The position numbers were made by a program, and so were the translations under genes. From Phocaeicola sp. (GTDB lineage: Bacteria; Bacteroidota; Bacteroidia; Bacteroidales; Bacteroidaceae), in the NCBI GenBank assembly GCA_051651025.1, contig JBOFRN010000045.1, positions 2,431-66,430 on the forward strand: a stretch of DNA of 64,000 nt. The letters are read 5' to 3'. Below the pieces are notes generated by a model. The model was not told the origin of the DNA. It saw only the letters and a program-made list of their open reading frames with translations, and did not search any database. Positions 8,293 through 18,710 of the stretch are shown here, piece by piece. Numbering within the stretch: position 1 is the stretch's first letter; the number at the start of each line of letters is the position of its first letter.

Positions 8293-11200
8293 ATGAAAAA
8301 ATTAGCAGCATTCTTATTTCTGTTAAGCTTTACCTTAGCTACTGTATTTGGACAATCCATACAGGTAAAAGGGGTTGTGGTAGGGGCATCGGATGGTGAA
8401 CCCTTAATAGGAGTAAATGTGGTAGTGAAAGGCAATACTACTGTAGGAACCATTACCGATTTTGATGGTGCATTTACACTTACAGTCTCACCAAATGATA
8501 TTTTGCAAACATCTTATGTAGGTTATAAACCGCAAGAGGTTTCAATAAATGGGCAGAGTGCAATTAAAATCCTTCTGCAAGAAGATACTGAAACACTCGA
8601 TGAAGTGGTAGTAATCGGTTACGGTGTACAAAAAAAGAGCGTTGTAACAGCTTCCATTGCTAGTGTTAATGCATCCGATCTAGAGAAAGTAGCACCAACG
8701 CGTGTAGACAATGCTTTGAAAGGTATGGCAGCAGGAGTAACTGTCACCTCAGCATCAGGTCAACCAGGGGAAGGATCTAGAATTCGTATTCGTGGAGTAG
8801 GGACTATTAATAATTCAGACCCTTTGTATATTGTAGACGGTATGCCTATTGAAGGTGGTATTGATTACCTAAACCCTACAGATATTGCAAGTATTGAGGT
8901 TTTAAAAGATGCTGCATCGGGTGCCGTATATGGTGCGCGTGCTGCCAATGGGGTTATATTGGTCACTACTAAGAGTGGTACGGTAGGTAAAGTTAAGGTC
9001 ACTTACGATTTTGCTTATAGCCTTCAGAATCCATGGAAAGAGCGTGAGGTACTAAATGCTACCGAATATGCACTTTTGATGAACGAAGGGTACATGAATG
9101 CTGGAATGGCTCCTAAATATAATGATCCTTATTCGTATGGTACAGGTACAAACTGGCAGAAGGAGGTGTTTAATTACGATGCACCCATGCAAAATCATCA
9201 ATTAAGCATTAGTGGTGCAAATGATAAAACAAGCTACTTTCTCTCTATGGGTTATTTTCAACAAGAGGGTATTGTAGGAGGAAACTACGACCGTTCTAAC
9301 TACGACCGTTTGACGCTTCGTCTGAACATGAACAATATATTACTAGACACCAAGGAGCGTAATTTCTTGAATAAAATTCAAATAGGAATAAATGCATCGT
9401 ATGCCAAAGTAAACTCTACAGGTATTGGAACTAACTCAGAGTGGGGTACACCCCTTGGATCGGCACTTGCTTTATCACCCATTATACCTGTTTATGCTGT
9501 CGATGAAGAGGCTGCTTTAAGAGAGTATGCTGGAGTAGCTGACTTTACACCGATCTATTCGCCCGACGGTAGATTGTATTCAATTGCTGGAGTTGACTAC
9601 AACGAGATAACCAACCCCTTGGCACAACTCTCATTGCCTGGTGCAAAAGGATGGAGCCACAAGTTTGTAGCCTCTTTCTTTGGCGAAATTCAATTGTGGG
9701 ACAACCTGAAATTCCGTTCACAGTTTGGTACTGACCTCGCGTTCTGGGGTACTGACAGCTGGATGAAGAAATATTACCTTACTGCCAATAACAAAGCACC
9801 TCGCTCTTCGGCTCAAAGCGAAGCAAGTCAAGGTTTGGTATGGCAATGGGAAAACTTCGTATCATACGATAAAACCATTGGTGATCACTCTTTTGCAATC
9901 ATGCTGGGACAATCGGCTAAAAAGACGACTGGGCGCACCGTAGGTGCATTTAATTACGACTTAATAGAGGAGGATCCTGATAAGGGCAACTTAGGCTTTA
10001 CATCAGGTTTGCGCGAGAATGGTGATGTGAATGGTTGGGGATACGTACACAGTCCACATACTATGGCCTCTTACTTTGGACGTGCCAGCTACAACTACAA
10101 AGAGCGATACATGGCGCAAGTAACGGTTCGTCGTGATGGTTCTTCTAACTTTGGTCCTAGCAATAAGTGGGCTACATTTCCGTCATTCTCGACAGGTTGG
10201 AACATCACCAACGAAAACTTTATGCAAAACCGTCCAGAGTGGTTAAGCTCTATGAAATTGAGAGCCTCTTGGGGTAAAAATGGTAATGAAGCCATTGGTC
10301 CTTTCCTATACATGGCACTCAGTCAACAGGGTAATAACTATCAGTTTGGTAAAGATTCTAATCTAACCATTGGCACAAAACCTAGCGTATTAGCGAACCA
10401 ATCCATTCGTTGGGAAGAGAGTGAACAAACCGACATTGCCATGGACTTTGGTTTCTTAAACAATGCATTGACCTTTACAGCCGATTACTATGTAAAACGC
10501 ACCAACGGTATGTTGATTCAAATGCCTATTCCTTCCTATGTAGGCGAAGCAAGCCCTTGGGGTAATGTAGGCGAAATGGAGAATAAAGGGGTAGAACTAG
10601 AGTTCGCTTACCGGTTTAAAACCAATGGAGTGAACGCACGTATTGCAGGAAATGCAGCCTATTTGAAAAATACATTAATTAATTATGGTAACGAATCGGG
10701 CTTCCAAAATTTGGATGCAGCTCACGGTACAGGTACTATAACACGTGCTCAGAATGGACTTCCTTTCCCCTACTTCTATGGATTCAAAACAGCAGGTATT
10801 TTCCAAAATATGAACGAGGTGAGAGAGTATACTTATACCAATGCAAACGGAGAGAACCAAATGATTATGCCTAAGGCAGTTCCTGGCGATGTACGTTTTG
10901 TTGATATCAACAATGACGGCATTATTGATGAATTAGATAAAACCAACCTTGGTAAGGGAATGCCCGATTGGACATTTGGTATGACTTTCAACTGCGATTT
11001 CAAGGGGTTTGATTTTAGCATGATGTGGCAAGGAACTATCGGAAACAAGGTATTTGATGCTACTCGCCGCACCGATATTATTAGCATGAATCTTCCTGCT
11101 TATATGCTTAACAGATGGACAGGTGAGGGTACATCTACTACCATACCACGCTTTATGGTAGGTGATAATGTAAACTGGCAATCTTCCGATCTTTATGTGA

Positions 11201-11442
11201 AAGATGGTTCGTATGCCAGACTTAAGAATATTCAAGTGGGTTATACTTTACCTAGAATGCTTACTAAGAAGTTTTTTGTAGAGCATCTTCGTTTTTACTT
11301 AGCTGCCGAGAATCTACTAACGTTAACCAAGTACGAAGGATTTGATCCCGAAATCTCGTCGGGTGGTACATCACTCGGTGTAGACCGTGGTGTCTATCCT
11401 CAGGCCAAAGTATATACAGCTGGCGTAAACCTTAGTTTCTAA
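8293..11442 (+). CDS. susC: SusC/RagA-family TonB-dependent outer-membrane transporter
   Basis: Signal peptide MKKLAAFLFLLSFTLATVFGQ, a carboxypeptidase-regulatory-like N-domain (VKGVVVGASDGEPLIGVNVVVKG), a plug region (DEVVVIGYGVQKKS) and a C-terminal beta-barrel ending in ...GVNLSF. The ORF track starts at GTG 8287; I prefer ATG 8293. Confidence 0.92.
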   Translation: MKKLAAFLFLLSFTLATVFGQSIQVKGVVVGASDGEPLIGVNVVVKGNTTVGTITDFDGAFTLTVSPNDILQTSYVGYKPQEVSINGQSAIKILLQEDTETLDEVVVIGYGVQKKSVVTASIASVNASDLEKVAPTRVDNALKGMAAGVTVTSASGQPGEGSRIRIRGVGTINNSDPLYIVDGMPIEGGIDYLNPTDIASIEVLKDAASGAVYGARAANGVILVTTKSGTVGKVKVTYDFAYSLQNPWKEREVLNATEYALLMNEGYMNAGMAPKYNDPYSYGTGTNWQKEVFNYDAPMQNHQLSISGANDKTSYFLSMGYFQQEGIVGGNYDRSNYDRLTLRLNMNNILLDTKERNFLNKIQIGINASYAKVNSTGIGTNSEWGTPLGSALALSPIIPVYAVDEEAALREYAGVADFTPIYSPDGRLYSIAGVDYNEITNPLAQLSLPGAKGWSHKFVASFFGEIQLWDNLKFRSQFGTDLAFWGTDSWMKKYYLTANNKAPRSSAQSEASQGLVWQWENFVSYDKTIGDHSFAIMLGQSAKKTTGRTVGAFNYDLIEEDPDKGNLGFTSGLRENGDVNGWGYVHSPHTMASYFGRASYNYKERYMAQVTVRRDGSSNFGPSNKWATFPSFSTGWNITNENFMQNRPEWLSSMKLRASWGKNGNEAIGPFLYMALSQQGNNYQFGKDSNLTIGTKPSVLANQSIRWEESEQTDIAMDFGFLNNALTFTADYYVKRTNGMLIQMPIPSYVGEASPWGNVGEMENKGVELEFAYRFKTNGVNARIAGNAAYLKNTLINYGNESGFQNLDAAHGTGTITRAQNGLPFPYFYGFKTAGIFQNMNEVREYTYTNANGENQMIMPKAVPGDVRFVDINNDGIIDELDKTNLGKGMPDWTFGMTFNCDFKGFDFSMMWQGTIGNKVFDATRRTDIISMNLPAYMLNRWTGEGTSTTIPRFMVGDNVNWQSSDLYVKDGSYARLKNIQVGYTLPRMLTKKFFVEHLRFYLAAENLLTLTKYEGFDPEISSGGTSLGVDRGVYPQAKVYTAGVNLSF

Positions 11443-11451
11443 CCTATAATA

Positions 11452-12966
11452 ATGAACGACATGAAAAAAATAGTATCCATTATAACGCTTTGTGCCACTA
11501 TGGGCATGACAACGGCTTGTTCTGATGAATTTTTGACTGCAAAGTCGCCCGATAAAATATCGATTGAAGAGTATTATAAAAATGAATCGCGTATATTCGA
11601 GGCCTTAGTTGCTGCTTACGATCCTTTACAATGGCCCGACTGGGGAATGGGCGAATATAACCCTCCTGCATTGATGGCCGATATTATGGCTGATGATCTT
11701 TGGGTAGGTGGTGCAAACTCGGCCGATAACCAAAACTGGCACTTGATGTTTAACTATGCGGCTCACCCCGAAAGAGTAATTGCCGGTGTATGGAGTTGTT
11801 ACTATTCGGGTATCAACCGTGCTAACAATGTAATGCATTATATGGGATATGTTCAAGGTATTTCCGATACCAAAAAGGCACTTTACCTAGCTGAGGCCAA
11901 AGTTTTGAGAGCCTATTACTATACTTATCTTTGGAAGATGTGGGGAAATATTCCTTATTACAATACCAACCTTGATTTTCCTTACATTGGACAACAGTTC
12001 TCTGCCGATGAGGTGTATGCCAATATTGTAGCCGATCTTGAAGATGCTATCGTTACCGGAGGACTGCCTATGAAAGCAACCAGCGAAACATATGGTAGAG
12101 TAACCCAAGCTATGGCTTATATGCTTTATGCAGAGGTGGTTATGTATCAAAAGGATAATTCAAAATATGCTACAGCCCTGGGTTATATGAATCAAATTAT
12201 CAGCAGTAGCCAGTATGCACTTCATAGCGATTTTGCCGAACTATTTGCAGCCGAAGGCGAGTGGTGTAGCGAATCTATTTGGGAAGTTAATTACAAGAGC
12301 GAGGGTGCTGTACGTTCGTGGAATGGGCCGTTGGTATCGGGTGGTACTGTATTGCCTCGTCTAATCACGATGAATGGTTGGGCCGATGGTACAGAAGGCC
12401 GTGATGGTGGCTGGGGATTCTGTCCCGTTCGTACAGAAACCTACGAGATGTATGAAGCGGGTGATAGTCGTCGCGATGGAACGGTGTTCGATGCTAGAGG
12501 TGTATCTTATAATAGTCGTTACCAAGATACAGGTTTTTGGTTGAATAAATACATAGCCCGCTCGGGTTACAACGATGGACAGTTGGCCGATGCCGATTTA
12601 AATTACAACAACAACTTACGTGTATACCGCTATGCCGAAACACTGCTTAATGCAGCCGAACTAATTGCTTTAGGTGCAGGCTCTGGCGATGCTACTGGCC
12701 ACTTGAACCAAGTAAGAGAGCGTGCAGGAGTAGCCTCTGTGGCAGCTGCCAACGTAGACAACATTATCGATGAGCGTAAATTGGAGTTTGTAGGCGAAGG
12801 AAAACGTTATTGGGACTTGATTCGTTCGGGTAAAGCTGCCACTACATTGGTTCCAGATAGTTATGGTTATAGAACCAACTCGTGGTCGAACAGCAAGAAA
12901 CACTTGCCTATCCCTCAAAGTGAAATCAATGTTTCGCAAGGTACATTAACTCAAAACCCATACTAA
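11452..12966 (+). CDS. susD: SusD/RagB-family outer-membrane glycan-binding lipoprotein
   Basis: 504-aa ORF starting 9 nt after susC. It has a lipoprotein signal (...MGMTTAC) and a SusD-like TPR-rich body (RAYYYTYLWKMWGNIPY, ERKLEFVGEGKRYWDLIR). An alternative ATG lies at 11461. Confidence 0.9.
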   Translation: MNDMKKIVSIITLCATMGMTTACSDEFLTAKSPDKISIEEYYKNESRIFEALVAAYDPLQWPDWGMGEYNPPALMADIMADDLWVGGANSADNQNWHLMFNYAAHPERVIAGVWSCYYSGINRANNVMHYMGYVQGISDTKKALYLAEAKVLRAYYYTYLWKMWGNIPYYNTNLDFPYIGQQFSADEVYANIVADLEDAIVTGGLPMKATSETYGRVTQAMAYMLYAEVVMYQKDNSKYATALGYMNQIISSSQYALHSDFAELFAAEGEWCSESIWEVNYKSEGAVRSWNGPLVSGGTVLPRLITMNGWADGTEGRDGGWGFCPVRTETYEMYEAGDSRRDGTVFDARGVSYNSRYQDTGFWLNKYIARSGYNDGQLADADLNYNNNLRVYRYAETLLNAAELIALGAGSGDATGHLNQVRERAGVASVAAANVDNIIDERKLEFVGEGKRYWDLIRSGKAATTLVPDSYGYRTNSWSNSKKHLPIPQSEINVSQGTLTQNPY

Positions 12967-12978
12967 TACCCTACGAAT

Positions 12979-14823
12979 ATGAAAACTGTAATAAAAAACA
13001 TAACACTTCTTTTTCTATCCTTGTGGCTAGTAACAGCCTGTACGGACGACTTTAATCATCCTTCGCAAGATCGTATTCCATCGGCTGCCGATATTGATTA
13101 TAAGATTGAGGTAGACCAATCGACCAACGAAGTAACCTTTACCATGAATAACAAGGGTTGTAACCCTGTATGGATATTCAATGGCAAGGAGTACTCTACC
13201 GTAAACGGACTAACCCGTCTGTTTGCTGTAGCAGGTACTTACGAGGTAGAGATTAAAATATCAAACGAAAGCGGTGTAAGTGATGGTTCTAAAACAGGCA
13301 CTTTTACACTCGAAAATACCATCGTAGACTTTACTCGCTACTTCAAAATGTTTGGTGGCGATGAATCGAAAGAGTGGGTAATAGCTAAAGAAGAGAAAGG
13401 ACACTTAGGTTGTGGTCCTTCTGGTACGGACGGACTGGAGTGGTACAGTGCCAATGCAAACGACAAGGCAGGCTCTGGTCTGTATGAAAATATCATGACC
13501 TTCTCTTTTGCTGGAAACTATAATTTCAACCCAGGTACTGCAGGTACTGTATTTGTAAATGCAGGATGTAGCATATTCGCTGAGTACAATACAACGGGCG
13601 AAGATTTCTCTGCTCCTGTAAGTAGTTACGATGCAGCTTATCAGTTTACTGTAGTAGGTAACGATGTGTTCTTGACATTGCCTTCTCAACGCTACTTGCC
13701 TTATATACCGAATGATGGCATCTACCAAAATCCAAGCTTCCGTGTTCTCTCTATGAAGAGCAACCTGATTGAGTTAGTAGCCGATAATGGCGAGATAGCA
13801 TGGCACTACACCATCGTACCTGCTGTTCACGAATTGAGTCGTGAAGAGAAAATGACTGGAATATGGGTATGGGACAGAGAAAAAGCAGGTCACCTAAGTT
13901 GTGGTGAGTCTGGAAGTGACGGTACAGGCTGGTGGAGCGCTATGGCAAACGAAAAAGAGGAGTTTGGTATCTACAACCACCAACTGATCTTTACTGCTGA
14001 TGGTACGTACCAATTTAATCCTGGCGAAACAGGTACATTCTATGTGAATGCAGGTAGCAGCATCTATCCTGAATACAATACAGGCGAAGACTTTATGGTA
14101 CCAACAACGGTTCAAGAAGCCACATGGACATTTGTAGACGAAGGAGCTGATACCTTTATCGAGTTCCCTGCTCAAACCATAGTAAGTTATGTAGCAAATG
14201 ATGCTACTTGGGATGCACCTAAATTTAAGGTGTTGCTTCAAACTGAAACAAAACTACATATCCTGATAGACAATGGATCAATAGCTTGGCAATATCGTTT
14301 TATCAAAGAGGGTTCGGGAGAAGATAAAGAGCCCCCCGTAGCTTACGACCCCGAATCGGAGTTCAACTTGTGGAAGGGTGCTACTTATACCAACAGTTTT
14401 TACTATGCACCCGACTGGACACAAATAGCCGATCCAACGATTGATATAGATGGAAACTCGTATACTATCAAGCTTCCTACTGCAACTTCTGACCAATGGC
14501 AAGCACAGATACTCTTCTTGACAGATATATCGACTAGCAGCGAAATAAATTACGACTGTAGTATGGTATTCAATGCTAACCAAGATTTGAAAAAGGTAAC
14601 GGTGAAATTAGTAAAAGAGGGTGATGATGATACAGCTTACTTTACCGATATGATTTCACTCAGTGCTTACGAAGATTATCTGTTTTCGTATACTAACATG
14701 GCTGGTATAGATATGGAGCAGGTGAAACTTGTACTTGACTTTGGTGGAAATCCTGCTAATACAGAGATTACAGTGAGCGGAATTGTATTGAAGAATACAC
14801 AGGATGACGATGGCTCTCGCTAA
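12979..14823 (+). CDS. SusE/F-position surface glycan-binding lipoprotein (PKD-like domain + two tandem repeat domains + C-terminal CBM-like domain)
   Basis: Lipobox LVTAC and a PKD-like segment (aa about 40-112). An internal duplication is visible by eye, with GHLGCGPSGTDGLEWYSANAN...NFNPGTAGTVFVNAG matching GHLSCGESGSDGTGWWSAMAN...QFNPGETGTFYVNAG. It sits directly after susD. Confidence 0.7.
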   Translation: MKTVIKNITLLFLSLWLVTACTDDFNHPSQDRIPSAADIDYKIEVDQSTNEVTFTMNNKGCNPVWIFNGKEYSTVNGLTRLFAVAGTYEVEIKISNESGVSDGSKTGTFTLENTIVDFTRYFKMFGGDESKEWVIAKEEKGHLGCGPSGTDGLEWYSANANDKAGSGLYENIMTFSFAGNYNFNPGTAGTVFVNAGCSIFAEYNTTGEDFSAPVSSYDAAYQFTVVGNDVFLTLPSQRYLPYIPNDGIYQNPSFRVLSMKSNLIELVADNGEIAWHYTIVPAVHELSREEKMTGIWVWDREKAGHLSCGESGSDGTGWWSAMANEKEEFGIYNHQLIFTADGTYQFNPGETGTFYVNAGSSIYPEYNTGEDFMVPTTVQEATWTFVDEGADTFIEFPAQTIVSYVANDATWDAPKFKVLLQTETKLHILIDNGSIAWQYRFIKEGSGEDKEPPVAYDPESEFNLWKGATYTNSFYYAPDWTQIADPTIDIDGNSYTIKLPTATSDQWQAQILFLTDISTSSEINYDCSMVFNANQDLKKVTVKLVKEGDDDTAYFTDMISLSAYEDYLFSYTNMAGIDMEQVKLVLDFGGNPANTEITVSGIVLKNTQDDDGSR

Positions 14824-14845
14824 CAAAATATACCAGAGAAGAAGC

Positions 14846-15946
14846 ATGAACAGAATAAAGACACTATGTATGGCTGCACTACTCCTCGTTTCGACGGGGT
14901 GTAGCAGCAGCGAAACTTCTACCGATGCAAAGCACACGCTAACTTGCACACCGCTTTCGCTTAACTTTGGTAAGGAAGCCCAAAGCAGTAACGTGGCTGT
15001 ATCGGCTACCAAGGAGTGGGCCGCCTACAGTGACGAAGATTGGATAAGTTGTATACCCACTTCTAGTTTGGAAGCCAATGCCACGGTCTCTGTATCGGTA
15101 AAGGCAAACAGTGAACGTGCAGAGCGTACAGGTACATTGGTATTTCGCTCGGGCGAGTTGCGCGAGACGGTAACCATTACCCAAGAGGCACCCACTACAC
15201 CCGAACCAGACCCCGAAGTGGAAGCACCCGAAGGGTACGAACTCATTTGGCGCGATGAGTTTAATGAAGGCACTCGCCCTAACGGCGACTTGTGGAGCTA
15301 CGAGACAGGTGCTGGAGGCTGGGGAAACAACGAACTCCAAAACTATGTACCTGGTAGCGTAAGTGGCGAACAGTTGGCACAAGTATCCGATGGTATCTTC
15401 AAAATCATTGCCAAGAAGATAGGCGGAACGGTATACTCCATTCGTATCAATACTAAAGAGAGTTGGACGTACGGCTATTTCGAAGCACGCTTGAAGCTTC
15501 CTAGTGGTAAAGGCACATGGCCCGCCTTCTGGATGATGCCCAAGAATTTTACAGCATGGCCCGACGATGGGGAAATCGATATAATGGAAGAGGTAGGTTA
15601 TCGCCCCAACTGGGTATCATCTGCCATACACTGCAAAGCGTATCACCACTCCATCAATACCGAAAAGACAGCCGAACGTTATTTAGAGAGTGCACAGAGT
15701 GAATATCACGTGTATGCTTTGGAATGGACGGCCGATTACATTAAGACTTACGTAGATGGTAAGCTTTTGCTCACCTTTACGAACGATAAAAAAGGGAATA
15801 AAGATACATGGCCCTTCTATACACCTTTCTATATAAAGCTAAACCTGGCATGGGGCGGCAACTGGGGTGGTGCACAAGGTGTAGACGAGTCGGTACTCCC
15901 TGCCACGTACGAAATCGATTATGTACGTGTTTTTCAGAAAAAATAG
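14846..15946 (+). CDS. GH16 endo-beta-1,3(4)-glucanase (laminarinase-type) with N-terminal BACON domain
   Basis: Catalytic motif GEIDIMEE (ExDxxE) and a lipoprotein signal MNRIKTLCMAALLLVSTGC. A BACON-like segment (TLTCTPLSLNFGKE...ETVTITQ) is present. The ORF-track start at 14804 overlaps the upstream gene; the ATG at 14846 gives the signal peptide. Confidence 0.88.
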   Translation: MNRIKTLCMAALLLVSTGCSSSETSTDAKHTLTCTPLSLNFGKEAQSSNVAVSATKEWAAYSDEDWISCIPTSSLEANATVSVSVKANSERAERTGTLVFRSGELRETVTITQEAPTTPEPDPEVEAPEGYELIWRDEFNEGTRPNGDLWSYETGAGGWGNNELQNYVPGSVSGEQLAQVSDGIFKIIAKKIGGTVYSIRINTKESWTYGYFEARLKLPSGKGTWPAFWMMPKNFTAWPDDGEIDIMEEVGYRPNWVSSAIHCKAYHHSINTEKTAERYLESAQSEYHVYALEWTADYIKTYVDGKLLLTFTNDKKGNKDTWPFYTPFYIKLNLAWGGNWGGAQGVDESVLPATYEIDYVRVFQKK

Positions 15947-15967
15947 AAACGATAAATAACAGATAGA

Positions 15968-18316
15968 ATGAAAAAAAAACTCCTTTCCCTCGCCTTTGCA
16001 GCCTCATTGGTAGGTTTGTACGGATGTGGCGAGAAGCAGCAAACTTCGGCTATGCACAATGCCGAGATTGAATCGAAGGTCGAAGCGATTCTTAAAAAGA
16101 TGACTTTGGAAGAGAAGGTTGGTCAGATGACTCAACTTACCCTCGATGTAGTAGGCAAAGGTAGCTCGGTATTCGAGAGCGACTTCCCTTTCCAGTTCGA
16201 TGAGGCTCTTTTGGATACCGTTATCCGAAAATACAAGGTGGGTTCTATTTTGAACACCGCTACCAACACCCCTTTTACTCCCAAAGAGTGGGGCGATATT
16301 ATCAAGCGTCTGCAAGATGAGGCGATAGCAGAAACGGGTATACCTATTATATACGGAGTAGACCAAATACACGGTACTACCTATACGGTGGGTGGAACAC
16401 TGTTTCCTCAACAAATCGGTATGGGTGCTACCTTCAACCCTGCACTTGTAAAGCGTGGAGCAGAGATTACTGCTTACGAAACCAAAGCGGGCTCTATTCC
16501 TTGGAACTTCTCGCCTGTGCTTGATTTGGGTCGTGATGCCCGTTGGTCACGCCAATGGGAGACCTATTCGGAGGATAGCTATTTGGTAAGTGTTATGGGA
16601 GTAGCTTGCACTGAAGGATACCAAGGAACCAATCCCAATAAGCTAGGCGATACACAGGTAGCTGCCTGCTTGAAACACTTTATGGGTTACGGGGTAACCA
16701 GCTCAGGTAAAGACCGTACCCCTTCGTACATCTCTGAGCAAGATATGCGCGAGCGTCACTATGCCCCTTTTGTTGAGGCTATCAAGGCAGGTGCACTCTC
16801 GGTTATGGTTAACTCGGGCATGAACAACGGTACGCCTTACCACATTCACCACGAGTACCTCACCGGTTGGTTGAAAGAGGAGTTGAATTGGGACGGTTTG
16901 GTTGTTACCGATTGGGCAGATATCAACAACATTACACAGCGCGACAAAATTGTACCTACCAAGAAGGAGGCCATCAAACTAGCCATCAATGCAGGTATTG
17001 ATATGTCGATGGTTCCTTACGAGTGGTCGTACTGTGTATACTTGAAAGAGTTGGTAGAAGAGGGTGAAGTACCAATGAGCCGTATTGACGATGCTGTACG
17101 CCGTGTCCTACGTACCAAGTTCCGTTTGGGCTTGTTTGAAAAACCCTACAACTCGGTTGATGAATTTCCTTTGTTCGGAAGTGAAGAGCATGCCCAAGCT
17201 GCTCGTATTGCTGCCGATGAGTCTATCACCCTTTTGAAAAATAGTGAGAATATTCTTCCACTTGCAACAGGCAAGAAAGTATTGGTTGCTGGACCCAATG
17301 CAAACTCTATGCGTACCCTTAACGGTGGTTGGACCATGAGCTGGCAAGGCGAAAAAAGCGATGTTTATTTGTCGAACCACAACACGATATTGGAAGCTAT
17401 CCAAAACCGTATTGGAGCTAGTAACGTCGTTTACGAACCCGGTGTAACGTACAAAACACAAGATCCTCCTACGACTGCTATTTCTTATAGCGAAGAGAAT
17501 GCACCTGAAATAGCCAAAGCCGTAGCTGCTGCTCATTCGGTAGACTATATCGTACTTTGTTTGGGCGAAACTAGCTATTGCGAAACTCCAGGTAATTTAA
17601 TCACGATGGATATTTCATTGAACCAAGCCAACTTAGCCAGAGCTTTGGCTGCTACGGGCAAACCTGTTATCTTGGTCTTGAATGAAGGTCGCCCTCGTGT
17701 GATTGCCGACATCGAACCCAAAATGAAGGCAGTTGTACAAACCTACCTTCCAGGTAATTACGGTGGCGATGCAATTGCAGCTATCCTTTGGGGCGATGTA
17801 AACCCCAGCGGTCGCTTGCCATACACCTACCCAAAATCGGCCAACTCATTAATCACCTACGACTACAAACCATCTGAAAACCTTGACAAGATGCAAGGTG
17901 CTTACGATTACGATGCGGTTATGTCTGTACAGTGGGCATTTGGTTACGGCTTAAGTTACACTACTTATGAGTATGCAAACCTAACGGTTAATAAAACAAA
18001 CTTTAGCGATAGTGAAGTATTGACCTTTACGGTCGATGTAACCAATACAGGTGCTCGTGAGGGTAAAGAGACTGTGATGCTTTTCAGTGCCGATCTTTAT
18101 GCTTCGCTTACTCCTGATGTACGCCGTTTAAGAGCCTTTGAAAAGGTAGAATTGAAAGCGGGTGAAACAAAAACCGTCAAGTTTGACCTTCCTGCCCGTT
18201 CTTTAGGATTTGTAGGTGCGGATGGTAAATGGACACTTGAAAAGGGTCAGTTTGATATGCAAGTGGCTAATCAAGTGGTTAAGATTAATTGCACAAATAC
18301 TATTCAATGGAACTAA
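15968..18316 (+). CDS. GH3 beta-glucosidase
   Basis: 782-aa ORF with a lipoprotein signal (LVGLYGC) and GH3 motifs KHFMGYG and GLVVTDWADI (nucleophile Asp). A C-terminal fibronectin-like domain is present. Confidence 0.9.
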   Translation: MKKKLLSLAFAASLVGLYGCGEKQQTSAMHNAEIESKVEAILKKMTLEEKVGQMTQLTLDVVGKGSSVFESDFPFQFDEALLDTVIRKYKVGSILNTATNTPFTPKEWGDIIKRLQDEAIAETGIPIIYGVDQIHGTTYTVGGTLFPQQIGMGATFNPALVKRGAEITAYETKAGSIPWNFSPVLDLGRDARWSRQWETYSEDSYLVSVMGVACTEGYQGTNPNKLGDTQVAACLKHFMGYGVTSSGKDRTPSYISEQDMRERHYAPFVEAIKAGALSVMVNSGMNNGTPYHIHHEYLTGWLKEELNWDGLVVTDWADINNITQRDKIVPTKKEAIKLAINAGIDMSMVPYEWSYCVYLKELVEEGEVPMSRIDDAVRRVLRTKFRLGLFEKPYNSVDEFPLFGSEEHAQAARIAADESITLLKNSENILPLATGKKVLVAGPNANSMRTLNGGWTMSWQGEKSDVYLSNHNTILEAIQNRIGASNVVYEPGVTYKTQDPPTTAISYSEENAPEIAKAVAAAHSVDYIVLCLGETSYCETPGNLITMDISLNQANLARALAATGKPVILVLNEGRPRVIADIEPKMKAVVQTYLPGNYGGDAIAAILWGDVNPSGRLPYTYPKSANSLITYDYKPSENLDKMQGAYDYDAVMSVQWAFGYGLSYTTYEYANLTVNKTNFSDSEVLTFTVDVTNTGAREGKETVMLFSADLYASLTPDVRRLRAFEKVELKAGETKTVKFDLPARSLGFVGADGKWTLEKGQFDMQVANQVVKINCTNTIQWN

Positions 18317-18398
18317 AAGATTCTCGATAAACGAACAAAAAGTATTGATGTGAAATAGTGTGTTTTGATTTGTATAAGTTTTTCCAATAAGATTGTTT

Positions 18399-18434
18399 GT
18401 CACCTCTGAACCTTTGTTTGGAGGTGACTTTTTT
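18399..18434 (+). terminator. Rho-independent terminator ending the PUL
   Basis: gtcacctc (18399-18406) pairs with gaggtgac (18421-18428) and is followed by T6 at 18429-18434. Confidence 0.7.
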
Positions 18435-18662
18435 GCAAAATGGTAAACCATTTACTTTGGATTTTCGACTCAGTTTTTTCTAGACTTTCATATTTTGGTA
18501 AGCATAGAGATTTCATATTAATTTCATTTCACTTTTAGTATGGCAATAGAAGCCAATAGAAGAGATTAAGCAGAGAGTGAGCACCAAGTTTTATATAATT
18601 AAATTAAGCCTTATCAACGAATTTTATAGCTCTTCCTAACTTGTTTATCTTCCTGCTTCCAT

Positions 18663-18670
18663 TACCTTTG
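18663..18670 (+). promoter_or_regulatory. Candidate -7 box (TAnnTTTG)
   Basis: tacctttg lies 41 nt upstream of the ATG at 18711. Confidence 0.3.
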
Positions 18671-18710
18671 TCGCTCAAATAGTTAGGTACACAAACTACA
18701 ACAGAATTCA

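Noticed and set aside
15971-15979. A9 homopolymer directly after the GH3 start codon (and an A10 tract at 21617-21626 before the AraC-like start)
   Set aside because: Lys-rich MKKK N-termini and A-rich leaders are normal for Bacteroidetes signal peptides and translation initiation regions. Nothing indicates frameshift-based switching.
18544-18562. Tandem 10-bp duplication caatagaag(c)caatagaag in the 276-bp region upstream of the TPR gene, and the idea of an sRNA there
   Set aside because: There are only two copies, with no associated hairpin or terminator or conserved structure that I could see. The evidence is insufficient to call an RNA gene or regulatory site.
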